A DNA stretch of 64,000 bases. It comes from Bacteroidota bacterium (GTDB taxonomy: Bacteria > Bacteroidota > Ignavibacteria > Kapaibacteriales > UBA2268). The notes below the pieces were generated by a model. That model had not been told where the DNA came from. It worked only from the letters and a program-made list of their open reading frames with translations, and made no database searches. The stretch lies in NCBI GenBank assembly GCA_022707965.1, contig JAKIZO010000001.1, positions 692-64,691 of the forward strand. The letters are read 5' to 3'. Both the position numbers and the translations under genes were made by a program. Positions 47,268-56,834 of the stretch are shown here, one piece after another (the first letter of the stretch is position 1; each line of letters starts with the position of its first letter).

Positions 47268-48416
47268 ATGAAAATTGGGTATTTATCATATTTTAATTCA
47301 AAGGACGTTCGTGCGTGGTCGGGTTCAATCTATTTCATACGTCGAGAACTTGAAAAACGGGGCGCCGAAATTGTTCCGATTGACGACCTTGGAAGTGTGC
47401 TTGACGAATTGTATAAGATTAAGTCGTTATATTACAAGGTGGCGGGGAAAAATCACCATCGATTGCGTGAACGCAGAATAATGCAAAGGGCAGCTCTCAA
47501 AGCCACAAGACTAATAGAAAAGCACCGACCTGATGTGCTATTAAGTCTTGGTTCGCTGGAAATATCGATGCTAAATTGCGATTTGCCTGCAACGTTCTGG
47601 ACTGATGCAACATTTCGCCAGCTTGTCGATTACTATCCTGAATATTCGAATTTATCGGCGACTTCGCTGCGAGAAGGTGAATATTTAGAAGAAAAGAGTA
47701 TTCAAAATGCTGCTCGAATGTTTTTTTCGTCTGAATGGGCGGCGGAAGGTGCGGTAAAATATTACGGTGCAGATGAGAAAAAAGTTAAGGTATTGCCTTT
47801 CGGGGCAAATTTGTATAATCCACCAACAGAAGCCGAAGTAGAAAGTTTTATTGAAAATAAAAGCTTTGATGCAATTGAACTGCTATTTGTTGGTGTTGCA
47901 TTCGAACGAAAAGGTGGCAAAACTGCTCTGGAAATTGCCCGCAAAATTAAGCAAAAAGGGCGAAAAGTGCGACTGCATATTATAGGTTGCCAGCCAGAAA
48001 TTGACGGAACCCTTGATTTTGTGGAAATTTACGGATTTCTGAACAAAGCCAAGCCTGATGAAATGAAAACAATTGAGGAATTGTATAGAAAAGCACATTT
48101 TTTTGTTATGCCATCGATTGCAGAGTGTTATGGAATAGTATTTTGCGAAGCAAACGCTTACGGGCTGCCCGTTGTTGGTGCCAATAATGGTGGTATGCCA
48201 ACAATAATTAAAGAAAACACAAACGGCTTTTTGTTTGATTATTCGAATTATGAGCAAAGCCTGGAAAGTATTGCAGATAAATTAATCGAGATTGGGGAAA
48301 GCCGAAGCGTATACCTGGAAGCGTCGCACAAATCGTATAACGAGTATAAATCACGGCTGAATTGGGAAGCGTCTGTCGGCAAATTAATAAGCGAGTTGGA
48401 GACGATAAGTAAATAA
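47268..48416 (+). CDS. GT-B fold glycosyltransferase (family 4-like)
   Basis: 382 aa. C-terminal motif PSIAECYGIVFCEANAYGLPVVGANNGGMPTII. Confidence 0.75.
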   Translation: MKIGYLSYFNSKDVRAWSGSIYFIRRELEKRGAEIVPIDDLGSVLDELYKIKSLYYKVAGKNHHRLRERRIMQRAALKATRLIEKHRPDVLLSLGSLEISMLNCDLPATFWTDATFRQLVDYYPEYSNLSATSLREGEYLEEKSIQNAARMFFSSEWAAEGAVKYYGADEKKVKVLPFGANLYNPPTEAEVESFIENKSFDAIELLFVGVAFERKGGKTALEIARKIKQKGRKVRLHIIGCQPEIDGTLDFVEIYGFLNKAKPDEMKTIEELYRKAHFFVMPSIAECYGIVFCEANAYGLPVVGANNGGMPTIIKENTNGFLFDYSNYEQSLESIADKLIEIGESRSVYLEASHKSYNEYKSRLNWEASVGKLISELETISK

Positions 48417-48569
48417 AAGCATAGGACAGCAATTGAACTTTGGAAGGTAATCATACGGGAACATATAAGGCAACATCTATTAAATACAATATCTATTACT
48501 TACACGTATTTTCATAGACAAGTGCTCGTATTCTCACAGGCAAGAATGTCTGTGCTACTTTGAATTAAA

Positions 48570-48608
48570 TAAAAAACCTTCCGGTGATTGGGGAACCATC
48601 GGAAGGTT
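48570..48608 (-). terminator. Rho-independent terminator after rpsU
   Basis: On the minus strand, an ACCTTCCG...CGGAAGGT hairpin is followed by TTTTTT. Confidence 0.75.
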
Positions 48609-48644
48609 ATGAGAAAGTTCTAATTTTAAGAATTTAAAGCAGAA

Positions 48645-48842
48645 TTAATCATTCATTTCGTGTGATAATTTCTTTTGACGACGAGCGGCTTTAATACGCG
48701 ACATACGTTTTTCGACCGAAGGCTTCACATAAGCTGTTCTTTTTTTGAACTCGCGTAGAATACCAGAGCGCTCATATTTTTTCTTAAAGCGTTTTAAAGC
48801 GCGGTCGATATTTTCATTAGTTTGAAGAGTTACGCCTATCAC
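48645..48842 (-). CDS. rpsU: 30S ribosomal protein S21
   Basis: 65 aa, GTG start. NENIDRALKRFKKKYERSGILREFKKRTAYVKPS is canonical for S21. Confidence 0.9.
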   Translation of the reverse strand: MIGVTLQTNENIDRALKRFKKKYERSGILREFKKRTAYVKPSVEKRMSRIKAARRQKKLSHEMND

Positions 48843-48891
48843 TGCTATTTTTCACCTACCTTTCGCGCAGATTTAATTTAGTTCAACATAA

Positions 48892-49293
48892 TTATGATAA
48901 TTTTTCAATTAGACGTTTTTCGTTGTTCTTTTCAAATTGAACAATAATAGAATGGCCACCATTGCTTGTAACTTCCTTTTTACTAACAATGCCCACGTCC
49001 TGCCAAACTTCGTGATAGATAACATCGCCGATTTTATATTCGTTTTTAGGGGAATAAGGTTTAGCGTCTTCACGAGTAATGTGGAAGACAGCTTTGGACT
49101 TATCCTGGTCTTGTTCTATGGCATCAAGATTAACAAGTTGAGAGTGGCGGCTTCGTGTGCATCTTGCCCATTGCTGGCGACCGTTTTCGGTTTCGATTGG
49201 TTCGCCGATGAGCTCGTGCTTGGTTTCTTTCATTAAAAAGGGAGAGTATAGAGTAATGTACTTAGCTCTACGAGACCTTCTTTTTATGGCCAT
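48892..49293 (-). CDS. Hypothetical protein
   Basis: ATG at 49293 (MAIKRRSRRAKY...). About 133 aa with a basic N-terminus. No recognisable motif. Directly upstream of rpsU. Confidence 0.4.
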   Translation of the reverse strand: MAIKRRSRRAKYITLYSPFLMKETKHELIGEPIETENGRQQWARCTRSRHSQLVNLDAIEQDQDKSKAVFHITREDAKPYSPKNEYKIGDVIYHEVWQDVGIVSKKEVTSNGGHSIIVQFEKNNEKRLIEKLS

Positions 49294-49423
49294 ATTAAAT
49301 CTCTTTATGAAAAAGAACAAAAATTATTTACAAAAATACGAAAAAATTTGTTGAAAATCAAAAAATATATTATAATGCAAAATTGTATTGCATAAAATGG
49401 AATAAAATGTTTAATTTTTGTGT

Positions 49424-50617
49424 TTAACTAATAAGCCCCAATTCTTTTCCAACTTCTGCAAATACCTCTAAAATTTTGTCCAGATGTTCTTTTTCGTGAG
49501 AAGCCATATATGAAGTTCTCATCATACTCATATTAGGCGGAACGCCCGGTGGAATGAAAGCATTGACGAACACGCCTTTGTCGAAAAGTTTTCGCCAGAA
49601 AATGAACGCAATTTCGACCTGCCCGACAATTACAGGAACTATTGCTGTTTTGCTTTCAACAATATGGAAGCCCAATTGCTTAAATCCTTCGCGCATATAA
49701 TTTGCGTTCCCGATTAATTTGTCGACAAGCTCGGGCTGCTCTTCCAGAATATCGAGCGCGGCAAGAGTTGCAGCACAGGAAGCAGGAGTTGGGCTGGCAC
49801 TAAAAATAATAGCAGGAGAATTATGCTTCAAATAGTTAATAACACGTTCGGGACCACCAACGAAACCACCCAATGAAGCGAAAGTTTTCGAGAATGTTCC
49901 CATAACAAGATTTTGTTTTACATCCATTCCGAAGTAGCTGTGAGTGCCACGACCACCTTCGCCAATGACACCTGTTGAATGAGCATCATCGACAAGCACA
50001 CGAGCACCGTATTTTTCAGCAAGTGCAACTAATTCGGGAAGGTTAACAATTTCGCCGGTAACTGAAAAAACACCATCGGTTACGATAAATTTGCCAGCGC
50101 TATCGGGAATTGATTGAAGGACTTTCTCCAAATCTTCCATATCGTTATGCTTGTAGCGTTTGAATTCGGCAAAAGCACCTTTTGCCATCATCGCACCGCT
50201 TACAATACAAGCGTGGTTTTCTTTGTCGGAGATAATCACATCGCCTTTTTGAGCAATAGTCGAGATAATTCCAAGAGCAGTCTGGAAACCCGTGCTGAAC
50301 AGGAGAACGGCTTCGGTTCCAAGGAATTTGGCAAGTCTTGCTTCCAGTTCGTTATGAAGGTCGAGTGTACCAGTCAGATAGCGTGAGCCGGAGCAACCGG
50401 TTCCGTATTTATTGATTGCGTTGTGGGCAGCTTGCTTTACTTTTGGGTGTGCTGTAAGTCCTAAATAGTTGTTCGAACCCGCCATAATCATTTTTTTGCC
50501 ATAAACAGAAACAACCGGTCCTTCGTTTTCTTCGATAGCGTGGAAATATGGGTATAATCCCTGAGCTTTTACTTCATCAGCACGAGTAAAGGCAAAACAT
50601 TTTTCAAAAACGTCCAC
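49424..50617 (-). CDS. PLP-dependent alpha-oxoamine synthase family enzyme (Kbl/BioF/serine palmitoyltransferase-like)
   Basis: 397 aa, GTG start. [16 protein letters not shown] and the PLP-lysine motif [12 protein letters not shown]. The subfamily cannot be resolved by eye. Confidence 0.8.
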   Translation of the reverse strand: MDVFEKCFAFTRADEVKAQGLYPYFHAIEENEGPVVSVYGKKMIMAGSNNYLGLTAHPKVKQAAHNAINKYGTGCSGSRYLTGTLDLHNELEARLAKFLGTEAVLLFSTGFQTALGIISTIAQKGDVIISDKENHACIVSGAMMAKGAFAEFKRYKHNDMEDLEKVLQSIPDSAGKFIVTDGVFSVTGEIVNLPELVALAEKYGARVLVDDAHSTGVIGEGGRGTHSYFGMDVKQNLVMGTFSKTFASLGGFVGGPERVINYLKHNSPAIIFSASPTPASCAATLAALDILEEQPELVDKLIGNANYMREGFKQLGFHIVESKTAIVPVIVGQVEIAFIFWRKLFDKGVFVNAFIPPGVPPNMSMMRTSYMASHEKEHLDKILEVFAEVGKELGLIS

Positions 50618-50834
50618 AGTATGTCCTTTATGATAGTTTATTATTCACTCAAAACATACAAAGATATGAAAAAATAAAAACTTAAAAAAGAATTAACTTA
50701 CTTAACAGAATATTAATTAATAAATTAATAAATTAATGATTTATTCATATTTCATAATCTATTGTAAAATAAGTTATTTGTTGCGGCAATTCAAGAATTA
50801 ACTCTGGAATTTTGTTACAAATATTATAATTATT

Positions 50835-50873
50835 GCAAAAAACCTTCGGAGCCTTAAACTTCCGAAGGTTTTT
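50835..50873 (-). terminator. Rho-independent terminator after glgP (symmetric, possibly bidirectional)
   Basis: AACCTTCGGA (50841-50850) pairs with TCCGAAGGTT (50861-50870), with A and T runs flanking both sides. Confidence 0.8.
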
Positions 50874-50907
50874 AAATTTAATGTTAGTTGAAATGATAAC
50901 ACGATGT

Positions 50908-53478
50908 TTACTTTAAGTTTGCCCACTTGCAAAGGTACATTTCAGCGGGATGAACAAGATACTTGTGTTTTGGAAGAACACGAATTGTAAATCCTTGCAT
51001 ACCTGTATCGGGGCAAATGTAGCTGCCGCTGAAATAATGAACGTCATTTTCTGTTTTTACGTAAAGAAGTTCTTCTGCAACAGCATTCTGGAATTCGCCG
51101 TGGTGGTCGATAGAGCCATAATAAACTTGAACAGAAACATCATCAGGTTGAATTTCACCAAGTTTAACTTTGACTGAGATAGGCACTTTGCGTCCAACGT
51201 AATAATCGCGTTTATGTTCGAAATCGACTTGAAGAATATCAACGTTTTGCCAGTGCATACGGATACGGTCTTTCCACACCTGGAAATTTTTGGCTTCGGC
51301 AGCACCATTGTCAGCAAGAATGCGGTATTTTTCGGCAGCAGGTAGATAAAATTGGTCGGTGTAGTCTCGCACCATACGATGGGTGGAAAAGCGTCCCGCA
51401 ATAGTTGCGATAGAGTTTTTCATATATTGCACCCATTCTTCGGGCACTTTATTAGCGGAACGTTTGTAGAACATAGGAACGATAACAGTTTCGAGAGTAT
51501 CATAGAGCATATCAGCTTCGATATTTTCCATTTCGGGGCTATTGTCGTGTTCTTCGCCGGTTCCGATAGCAAAGCCGTTTTGAGAATTAAATCCTTCGTC
51601 CCACCAACCATCTAAGATTGAGAAATTCAATGTGCCGTTAATTGCGGCTTTCATACCGCTTGTGCCACTTGCTTCGAGCGGGCGAATAGGATTATTGAGC
51701 CAAACGTCGCAACCTTTGACCAGCATACGAGCAATTACCATATCGTAGTCTTCGAGGAAAACAACGTGTTTTTCGAGCCCCCATTGGCGGACACGCTGAA
51801 TAATAGATTGGATAACTTCCTTGCCCTGAATATCGTGCGGATGCGCTTTGCCCGAAATAACAACTTGAACGGGGTGTTCGGGATTGGTCAGGATTTTCTT
51901 CAATCTATCCATATTCTTAAACAGGAGCAAGGCACGTTTGTATGTAGCAAACCTACGAGCGAAACCAATTGTCAGAGTGTCGGGATTGAGCAATTCGTTA
52001 ATTTTGCTTACCTGGTCGGGCGGAAGCGAGTGTTTTTGCTTTGTATTTAGATAATTACGTGCAAAAAGGATAAGTCGAACGCGGCGGCGTTGCTTTTCGC
52101 GCCAGATTTCTTCTGATGGAATTGAATGCACCATCTGCCAGATGTCTTCCCTATCTGTTTCGGAACGCCAAATCGGGGACAGATACCTATCGAATAGTTC
52201 AGCAAATTCGCGAGCAATCCAGGTTTGAGTGTGAACGCCATTTGTAATGCCGTGGATTGGCACTTCGTTTTCCGGGAAGCATTTATAGAGTGAGTGCCAC
52301 ATTTTTCGTGCTACTCGCCCGTGCAATTTGCTAACCCCATTGTGATATGAAGTCATTTTAAGTCCGAGGACAGTCATCGAGAAGTTGCCCTCGGGATTGA
52401 AAGAACCGATTTGCCCCATTTCGAGGAGTTCTTCGCGAGATATACCAAATTCATCTTTATAATAGAGCAAATTATTCTCAATTCTGAAAAGTTCGAAAGT
52501 CTCGTTGCCGGCGGGCACGGGAGTATGAGTGGTGAATACGGAGCTTTCTTTGCATAAAGTTTTTGCGGAGCGGAAATCAAGGTTGTATTTTTTCATAAGC
52601 TGTCTTGTTCTTTCCCAGAGAGCGAAAGCGGCGTGTCCTTCGTTGATATGAAGCACTTCTGTGTTAATCCCCATAGCTTCGAGAGCACGCATACCACCGA
52701 TGCCAAGTATCATTTCCTGCTGTATGCGTGTTTCACGGTCGCCGCCATAGAGCTGGTCGGTAATGTCCTTGTATTCAATATCGTGGTTATCATCGATATT
52801 GGTATCCAGCATATAAAGGCAAATTCTGCCGATGTTAATTTTCCAGATTTGAGCAAAAACGTTGCCTTTTGGCAATTTCACTGTAATTTTGAGGGGTTCG
52901 CCATCATCACCACGAACAATTGTTAGCGGTAGCGAAAAGAAATCATTATAAATATACTGCTCGTTTTGCCATCCATTTTGAGTAATCCGCTGACGGAAAT
53001 ATCCTTGTTGATAAAGTAGCCCGACACCTACGAGTGGCAAACCAAGGTCGCTTGCAGATTTCAAATGGTCGCCTGCAAGCACACCCAGACCACCCGAATA
53101 ATTAGGAAGGCTCTCGTTTATTCCGTATTCCATCGAAAAATATGCAATCACACCATCAGTGGAAATGTGCTTGGACTTGTAGTATGTGTTCGCATTTATG
53201 TAAGAAAGGAATTTGCCGTGAATATAGTCAAGGTAGCTGACGAAATCTTGCGATTCGGCTAATTTTTTCAATTGTTCCTGCGACGTTTTGTTTATCAAAA
53301 GAACGGGATTATGATTGACTTCTTCCCAGAGACTTCTGTTTATTCGGATAAACAACTCACGAGCGTCGGAATTCCAGCACCACCAATAATTATAGGCAAG
53401 TTCTTTGAGTTTTGCAATGCGTGCGGGCAAATTTGCGGTAACAACAAACGAATGAAGTGGCTTCATATTCATCTCCAA
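50908..53478 (-). CDS. glgP: Alpha-glucan phosphorylase (GT35, maltodextrin/glycogen phosphorylase)
   Basis: 856 aa. YFSMEYG, GGLGVLAGDHLKSASDLG and the PLP-lysine region EASGTSGMKAAINGTLNFSILDGWW. The exact start among three N-terminal Met codons is unresolved. Confidence 0.9.
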   Translation of the reverse strand: MEMNMKPLHSFVVTANLPARIAKLKELAYNYWWCWNSDARELFIRINRSLWEEVNHNPVLLINKTSQEQLKKLAESQDFVSYLDYIHGKFLSYINANTYYKSKHISTDGVIAYFSMEYGINESLPNYSGGLGVLAGDHLKSASDLGLPLVGVGLLYQQGYFRQRITQNGWQNEQYIYNDFFSLPLTIVRGDDGEPLKITVKLPKGNVFAQIWKINIGRICLYMLDTNIDDNHDIEYKDITDQLYGGDRETRIQQEMILGIGGMRALEAMGINTEVLHINEGHAAFALWERTRQLMKKYNLDFRSAKTLCKESSVFTTHTPVPAGNETFELFRIENNLLYYKDEFGISREELLEMGQIGSFNPEGNFSMTVLGLKMTSYHNGVSKLHGRVARKMWHSLYKCFPENEVPIHGITNGVHTQTWIAREFAELFDRYLSPIWRSETDREDIWQMVHSIPSEEIWREKQRRRVRLILFARNYLNTKQKHSLPPDQVSKINELLNPDTLTIGFARRFATYKRALLLFKNMDRLKKILTNPEHPVQVVISGKAHPHDIQGKEVIQSIIQRVRQWGLEKHVVFLEDYDMVIARMLVKGCDVWLNNPIRPLEASGTSGMKAAINGTLNFSILDGWWDEGFNSQNGFAIGTGEEHDNSPEMENIEADMLYDTLETVIVPMFYKRSANKVPEEWVQYMKNSIATIAGRFSTHRMVRDYTDQFYLPAAEKYRILADNGAAEAKNFQVWKDRIRMHWQNVDILQVDFEHKRDYYVGRKVPISVKVKLGEIQPDDVSVQVYYGSIDHHGEFQNAVAEELLYVKTENDVHYFSGSYICPDTGMQGFTIRVLPKHKYLVHPAEMYLCKWANLK

Positions 53479-53579
53479 TTTATCTAAATAATTCTGTTCG
53501 AATAAATTATAATGAAGTTTAATATAAATAATTTATTTTAGAAAAATAAAAAAATTATTTCACTAAATTTTTTGTTGTG

Positions 53580-55109
53580 ATGAAGCGACAAAATTACATT
53601 TCACCATTTTTAGTATTTATTGCAGCATTCGTTTGGTTTCTGCTTGGAGCAAACTTTGGGTTAAATATATACGATGAAGGAATTGGAATAATTGGTGCGA
53701 AACGAATTCTAATGGGCGAAGTTCCATACCGTGATTTCTGGACAATTTATTCGCCGCTGTGGTATTATGTGTTGGGCTTGTGGATAAAACTTTTCGGCAA
53801 CGAGATATTTGCGATACGTTTGCTTACTATTTTGCTCAATAGCATAAGCATATCAATTCTGTATAATACGATAAAGTCTCAAAATATCAATCCATATCTT
53901 GGCACACTCGCAGCCTTGATGTTTTTGAGCATTTCGCCGTTTTACGGTAGGGCTATTCCGCTGGCATTACTTCTCGTCTTTCTTACGATTTATTTACTCT
54001 TGAATAAGCGAAAGGATAGTGATTACGTTATTATTGGTATTTTGGCTGCATTGATTTTTTCCACCCGGCACGATTTCGGAATTTATGCAATAGCATCAAC
54101 AATTTGCGTTGCAATATTTGAAAATAGAATATTAAAAGAAAAGAGAGCGAAGCAGTATTTGATTTATCTAACTACATTACTCTTTGTTCTTTGCCTGTAT
54201 TTTCTATTTTTGCATAAAATTGGGTCTTTGGGCGGATATTTCGAATATGCTTACAAGTTTGTGTTTGAAAAATTTGGTGTGGTGCGTTCGTTGCCTTTCC
54301 CAAATCCGTTTATTGCTTTGTTCGAGGATATCCCAATTACAAGTAGAATATATAATTTATGGCTTTCGGTTGTGTTTTATTTGCCGTTTGTGTTAATTGG
54401 CATATTGTTCTATTTGATAATCAAATCGAAAATAGAAATCAGCAGCGAGGGGAAATTTTTCGTAACTGTAACGTTATTTTCACTGATTTTCAGTGCACAG
54501 GGAATGGTTCGCTCGGGGTATGAGCATATTTTACCATCGTTACTGATAATAGTGATGTTGATTACGCCAATTATGGTGAAACTCAATCTGGCGAACAAAT
54601 TTTATTTGCTATTTTTGCTGATTTTCTTTTCGTTTCCGCCAATAGCAAAGAAAGCACAAGCATTGATTTACCTATATTCGGGCAAATCATCGGAAATAAA
54701 ATCGCATTCATCGAAATTCATCAAATTGCCGAAAGAAGAAGCAGAGAACTACAATAATCTAATCGAATATGTGAAAATTTTCGACCGAAGCGAATATTTA
54801 TACTCGGGTGTGCTGTACCACGATAAAATTTTCATTAATGATATTATGCTTTACCATCTCACAAACCGTTATCCCGCAACGAAATATCACGAACTTCATC
54901 CAGGGCAGGCGACCGAAGCAAGCGCTCAGCAGGAAATTATTGCACAATTGCAAAGCAAAAAGCCACCTGTAATAGTTCTCTACTACAACAAAGAAAGCGA
55001 AAAGCAGAAAATAATTGGCGAAAACTACCTTGATGAGTATATAAGGGAAAATTATATTTTAAGCAAAATATTCGGCAATTATTATCTATTCAGAATAAAC
55101 AAGGAATAG
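53580..55109 (+). CDS. Polytopic membrane protein, possible GT-C (ArnT/PMT-like) glycosyltransferase
   Basis: About 509 aa with more than 10 hydrophobic helices and a soluble C-terminal about 130 aa. Assignment rests on architecture only. Confidence 0.35.
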   Translation: MKRQNYISPFLVFIAAFVWFLLGANFGLNIYDEGIGIIGAKRILMGEVPYRDFWTIYSPLWYYVLGLWIKLFGNEIFAIRLLTILLNSISISILYNTIKSQNINPYLGTLAALMFLSISPFYGRAIPLALLLVFLTIYLLLNKRKDSDYVIIGILAALIFSTRHDFGIYAIASTICVAIFENRILKEKRAKQYLIYLTTLLFVLCLYFLFLHKIGSLGGYFEYAYKFVFEKFGVVRSLPFPNPFIALFEDIPITSRIYNLWLSVVFYLPFVLIGILFYLIIKSKIEISSEGKFFVTVTLFSLIFSAQGMVRSGYEHILPSLLIIVMLITPIMVKLNLANKFYLLFLLIFFSFPPIAKKAQALIYLYSGKSSEIKSHSSKFIKLPKEEAENYNNLIEYVKIFDRSEYLYSGVLYHDKIFINDIMLYHLTNRYPATKYHELHPGQATEASAQQEIIAQLQSKKPPVIVLYYNKESEKQKIIGENYLDEYIRENYILSKIFGNYYLFRINKE

Positions 55110-55124
55110 AAAAACGCAATAAGT

Positions 55125-55610
55125 TTATTTTTCGATGCTTTTCTTGATATTCAGAATATCTTCGAATAGTTTTTCCTCGTTCTGATAAGAAGAAAAGCGA
55201 AGCCGCAGGTAACGTTTTCGTTCGGGAAGTTTAATAAGTGCAATTTTAAATTTTGAACGGATGCGAATAGATTTTTCATATTTAATGATAATTCTTTCAA
55301 TGTCCGTAAATTTATACTTTTTCTCTTTTTTGCCGACACGGAAAACAATATAATCATTGCCGATTATGATAAATCTGCGTTTTATAGAATTAACAAGCAA
55401 TGAAATAGAGGCAATGACAATAAACAAAGCAAGCAAAATGGTAATTGGGTCGAGCAGGCGAATTGTGATGTATCCGCCTTCGATTGTGCCTCTCAAAATA
55501 CTGTAAAACACAAGCACAATTGCGTCAATTGCAATTGTCTGATAGTAGAAATCGAGCCTTTGAGGATAGATTTTTTCAAGGTTGTTTAAATCGTTCATAT
55601 TACAACTCAT
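55125..55610 (-). CDS. Hypothetical small membrane protein
   Basis: Two TM helices, then a basic soluble domain. Start is at ATG 55610 or 55598, abutting or overlapping the murG stop at 55600-55602. Confidence 0.4.
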   Translation of the reverse strand: MSCNMNDLNNLEKIYPQRLDFYYQTIAIDAIVLVFYSILRGTIEGGYITIRLLDPITILLALFIVIASISLLVNSIKRRFIIIGNDYIVFRVGKKEKKYKFTDIERIIIKYEKSIRIRSKFKIALIKLPERKRYLRLRFSSYQNEEKLFEDILNIKKSIEK

Positions 55611-56694
55611 AGCCAATTGTTTTTAATACTTCGATAGCAACATCACGAGCTGCATTTGGTCGAGCAAGTTTTCGGGCAGCGTCGGACATACGGGCTAATT
55701 TGTCATCGGAAAACAGTGAATTTATCATATCAAGCAGTATTGCCTCAATTTCGTCGTTCAGAATGATTTCGGCAGCACCATTTTTTTTGAGGATTTCGGC
55801 GTTGAAAAGCTGTTCGTTGTTGGAAGCAGATGGAAGTGGAACCAAAATCGCAGGTTTTGCTGCAACAGTGAGTTCCCACACGGTAGTTGCACCCGAACGG
55901 CAAACAACTAAATCGGCGGCTGCGTAGTAGTCGGCAATATCGTCGATAAATTCTTTAACAATCAGATTTTCGTGCTTAATGCCGTTGTACTGATAATATT
56001 TGCCAGTTTGCCAGAGGACGAAATATCCGCTTTCGAGCAGGCTATCGAGGTGCTTTTCGACGGCTTTGTTAATTGCGGAGGCACCCAGACTTCCACCAAA
56101 AACAAAGATAGTTTTTTGGTCGTGTGGAATGCCAAGTTTGCTGCGAGCATCGATTTTGCTCGGAAAGTTCAGAAATTGCTTGCGAATAGGATTGCCAAGA
56201 GTAACAATTTTATCGTGATATGATTTTTCGAAGTAGTTTATGCTTTCATCAAAAGATGTGATTATTTTCGTAGCATATTTGCAAAGCGATTTAATTGCTT
56301 TTCCGGGACGCACATTTGATTCGAGCAGGAATAGAGGCAAATTGTGCAAACGAGCAGCGTAACCAGGGGGGAAACTCAGATAAGCACCTGTTGCGATTAC
56401 AGCAGAAATATTGTTTTCGCGTATCAGTTTTCTACATTTATTAATTGCACTTGCAATTTGAAATGGAAGCAAAAGAATAGAGAGTGATTTCTTTATTCCC
56501 GAAATATTAATAGCATTAAAGTTGTAACCAAGCGACGGCACCACCCTACTTTCAATTTTATCAGCAGTGCCGACGAAATGGAAATCGCATCTGCCACCGG
56601 TAATATCATTGAGTTGCTCGCAAACAGCAATTGCAGGAAAAAGATGTCCGCCAGTGCCGCCTGCTGCAATTAATATGCTTATTTTATCATTCAT
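55600..56694 (-). CDS. murG: UDP-N-acetylglucosamine--N-acetylmuramyl-(pentapeptide) pyrophosphoryl-undecaprenol GlcNAc transferase
   Basis: ATG at 56694 (MNDKISILIAAGGTGGHLFPA). GGSLGA and the C-terminal GT28 domain are present. Confidence 0.9.
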   Translation of the reverse strand: MNDKISILIAAGGTGGHLFPAIAVCEQLNDITGGRCDFHFVGTADKIESRVVPSLGYNFNAINISGIKKSLSILLLPFQIASAINKCRKLIRENNISAVIATGAYLSFPPGYAARLHNLPLFLLESNVRPGKAIKSLCKYATKIITSFDESINYFEKSYHDKIVTLGNPIRKQFLNFPSKIDARSKLGIPHDQKTIFVFGGSLGASAINKAVEKHLDSLLESGYFVLWQTGKYYQYNGIKHENLIVKEFIDDIADYYAAADLVVCRSGATTVWELTVAAKPAILVPLPSASNNEQLFNAEILKKNGAAEIILNDEIEAILLDMINSLFSDDKLARMSDAARKLARPNAARDVAIEVLKTIGYEL

Positions 56695-56770
56695 ATTACA
56701 AATATAATAAAAAGTTGCGAAATATTTTTTTTTGAGAAGAAAATGTTTAATCATCAATTATTATTCATAA

Positions 56771-56803
56771 AACAAAAGGGGCAATCGAAGAAGGTTGCCC
56801 CCT
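56771..56803 (-). terminator. Rho-independent terminator after the vWA-OmpA gene
   Basis: On the minus strand, a GGGGCAA-loop-TTGCCCC hairpin (56802-56779) is followed by TTTTGTTT. Confidence 0.8.
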
Positions 56804-56834
56804 TAAAATTCATATCTAATTTGAAAAATTATCA

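Noticed and set aside
48417-48569. Possible small RNA in the 150-nt gap between the GT4 gene and the rpsU terminator (CACAG...CTGTG hairpin)
   Set aside because: No match to any RNA family I can recognise (SRP, 6S, tmRNA, RNase P). Only one short hairpin is present, which is not enough evidence.
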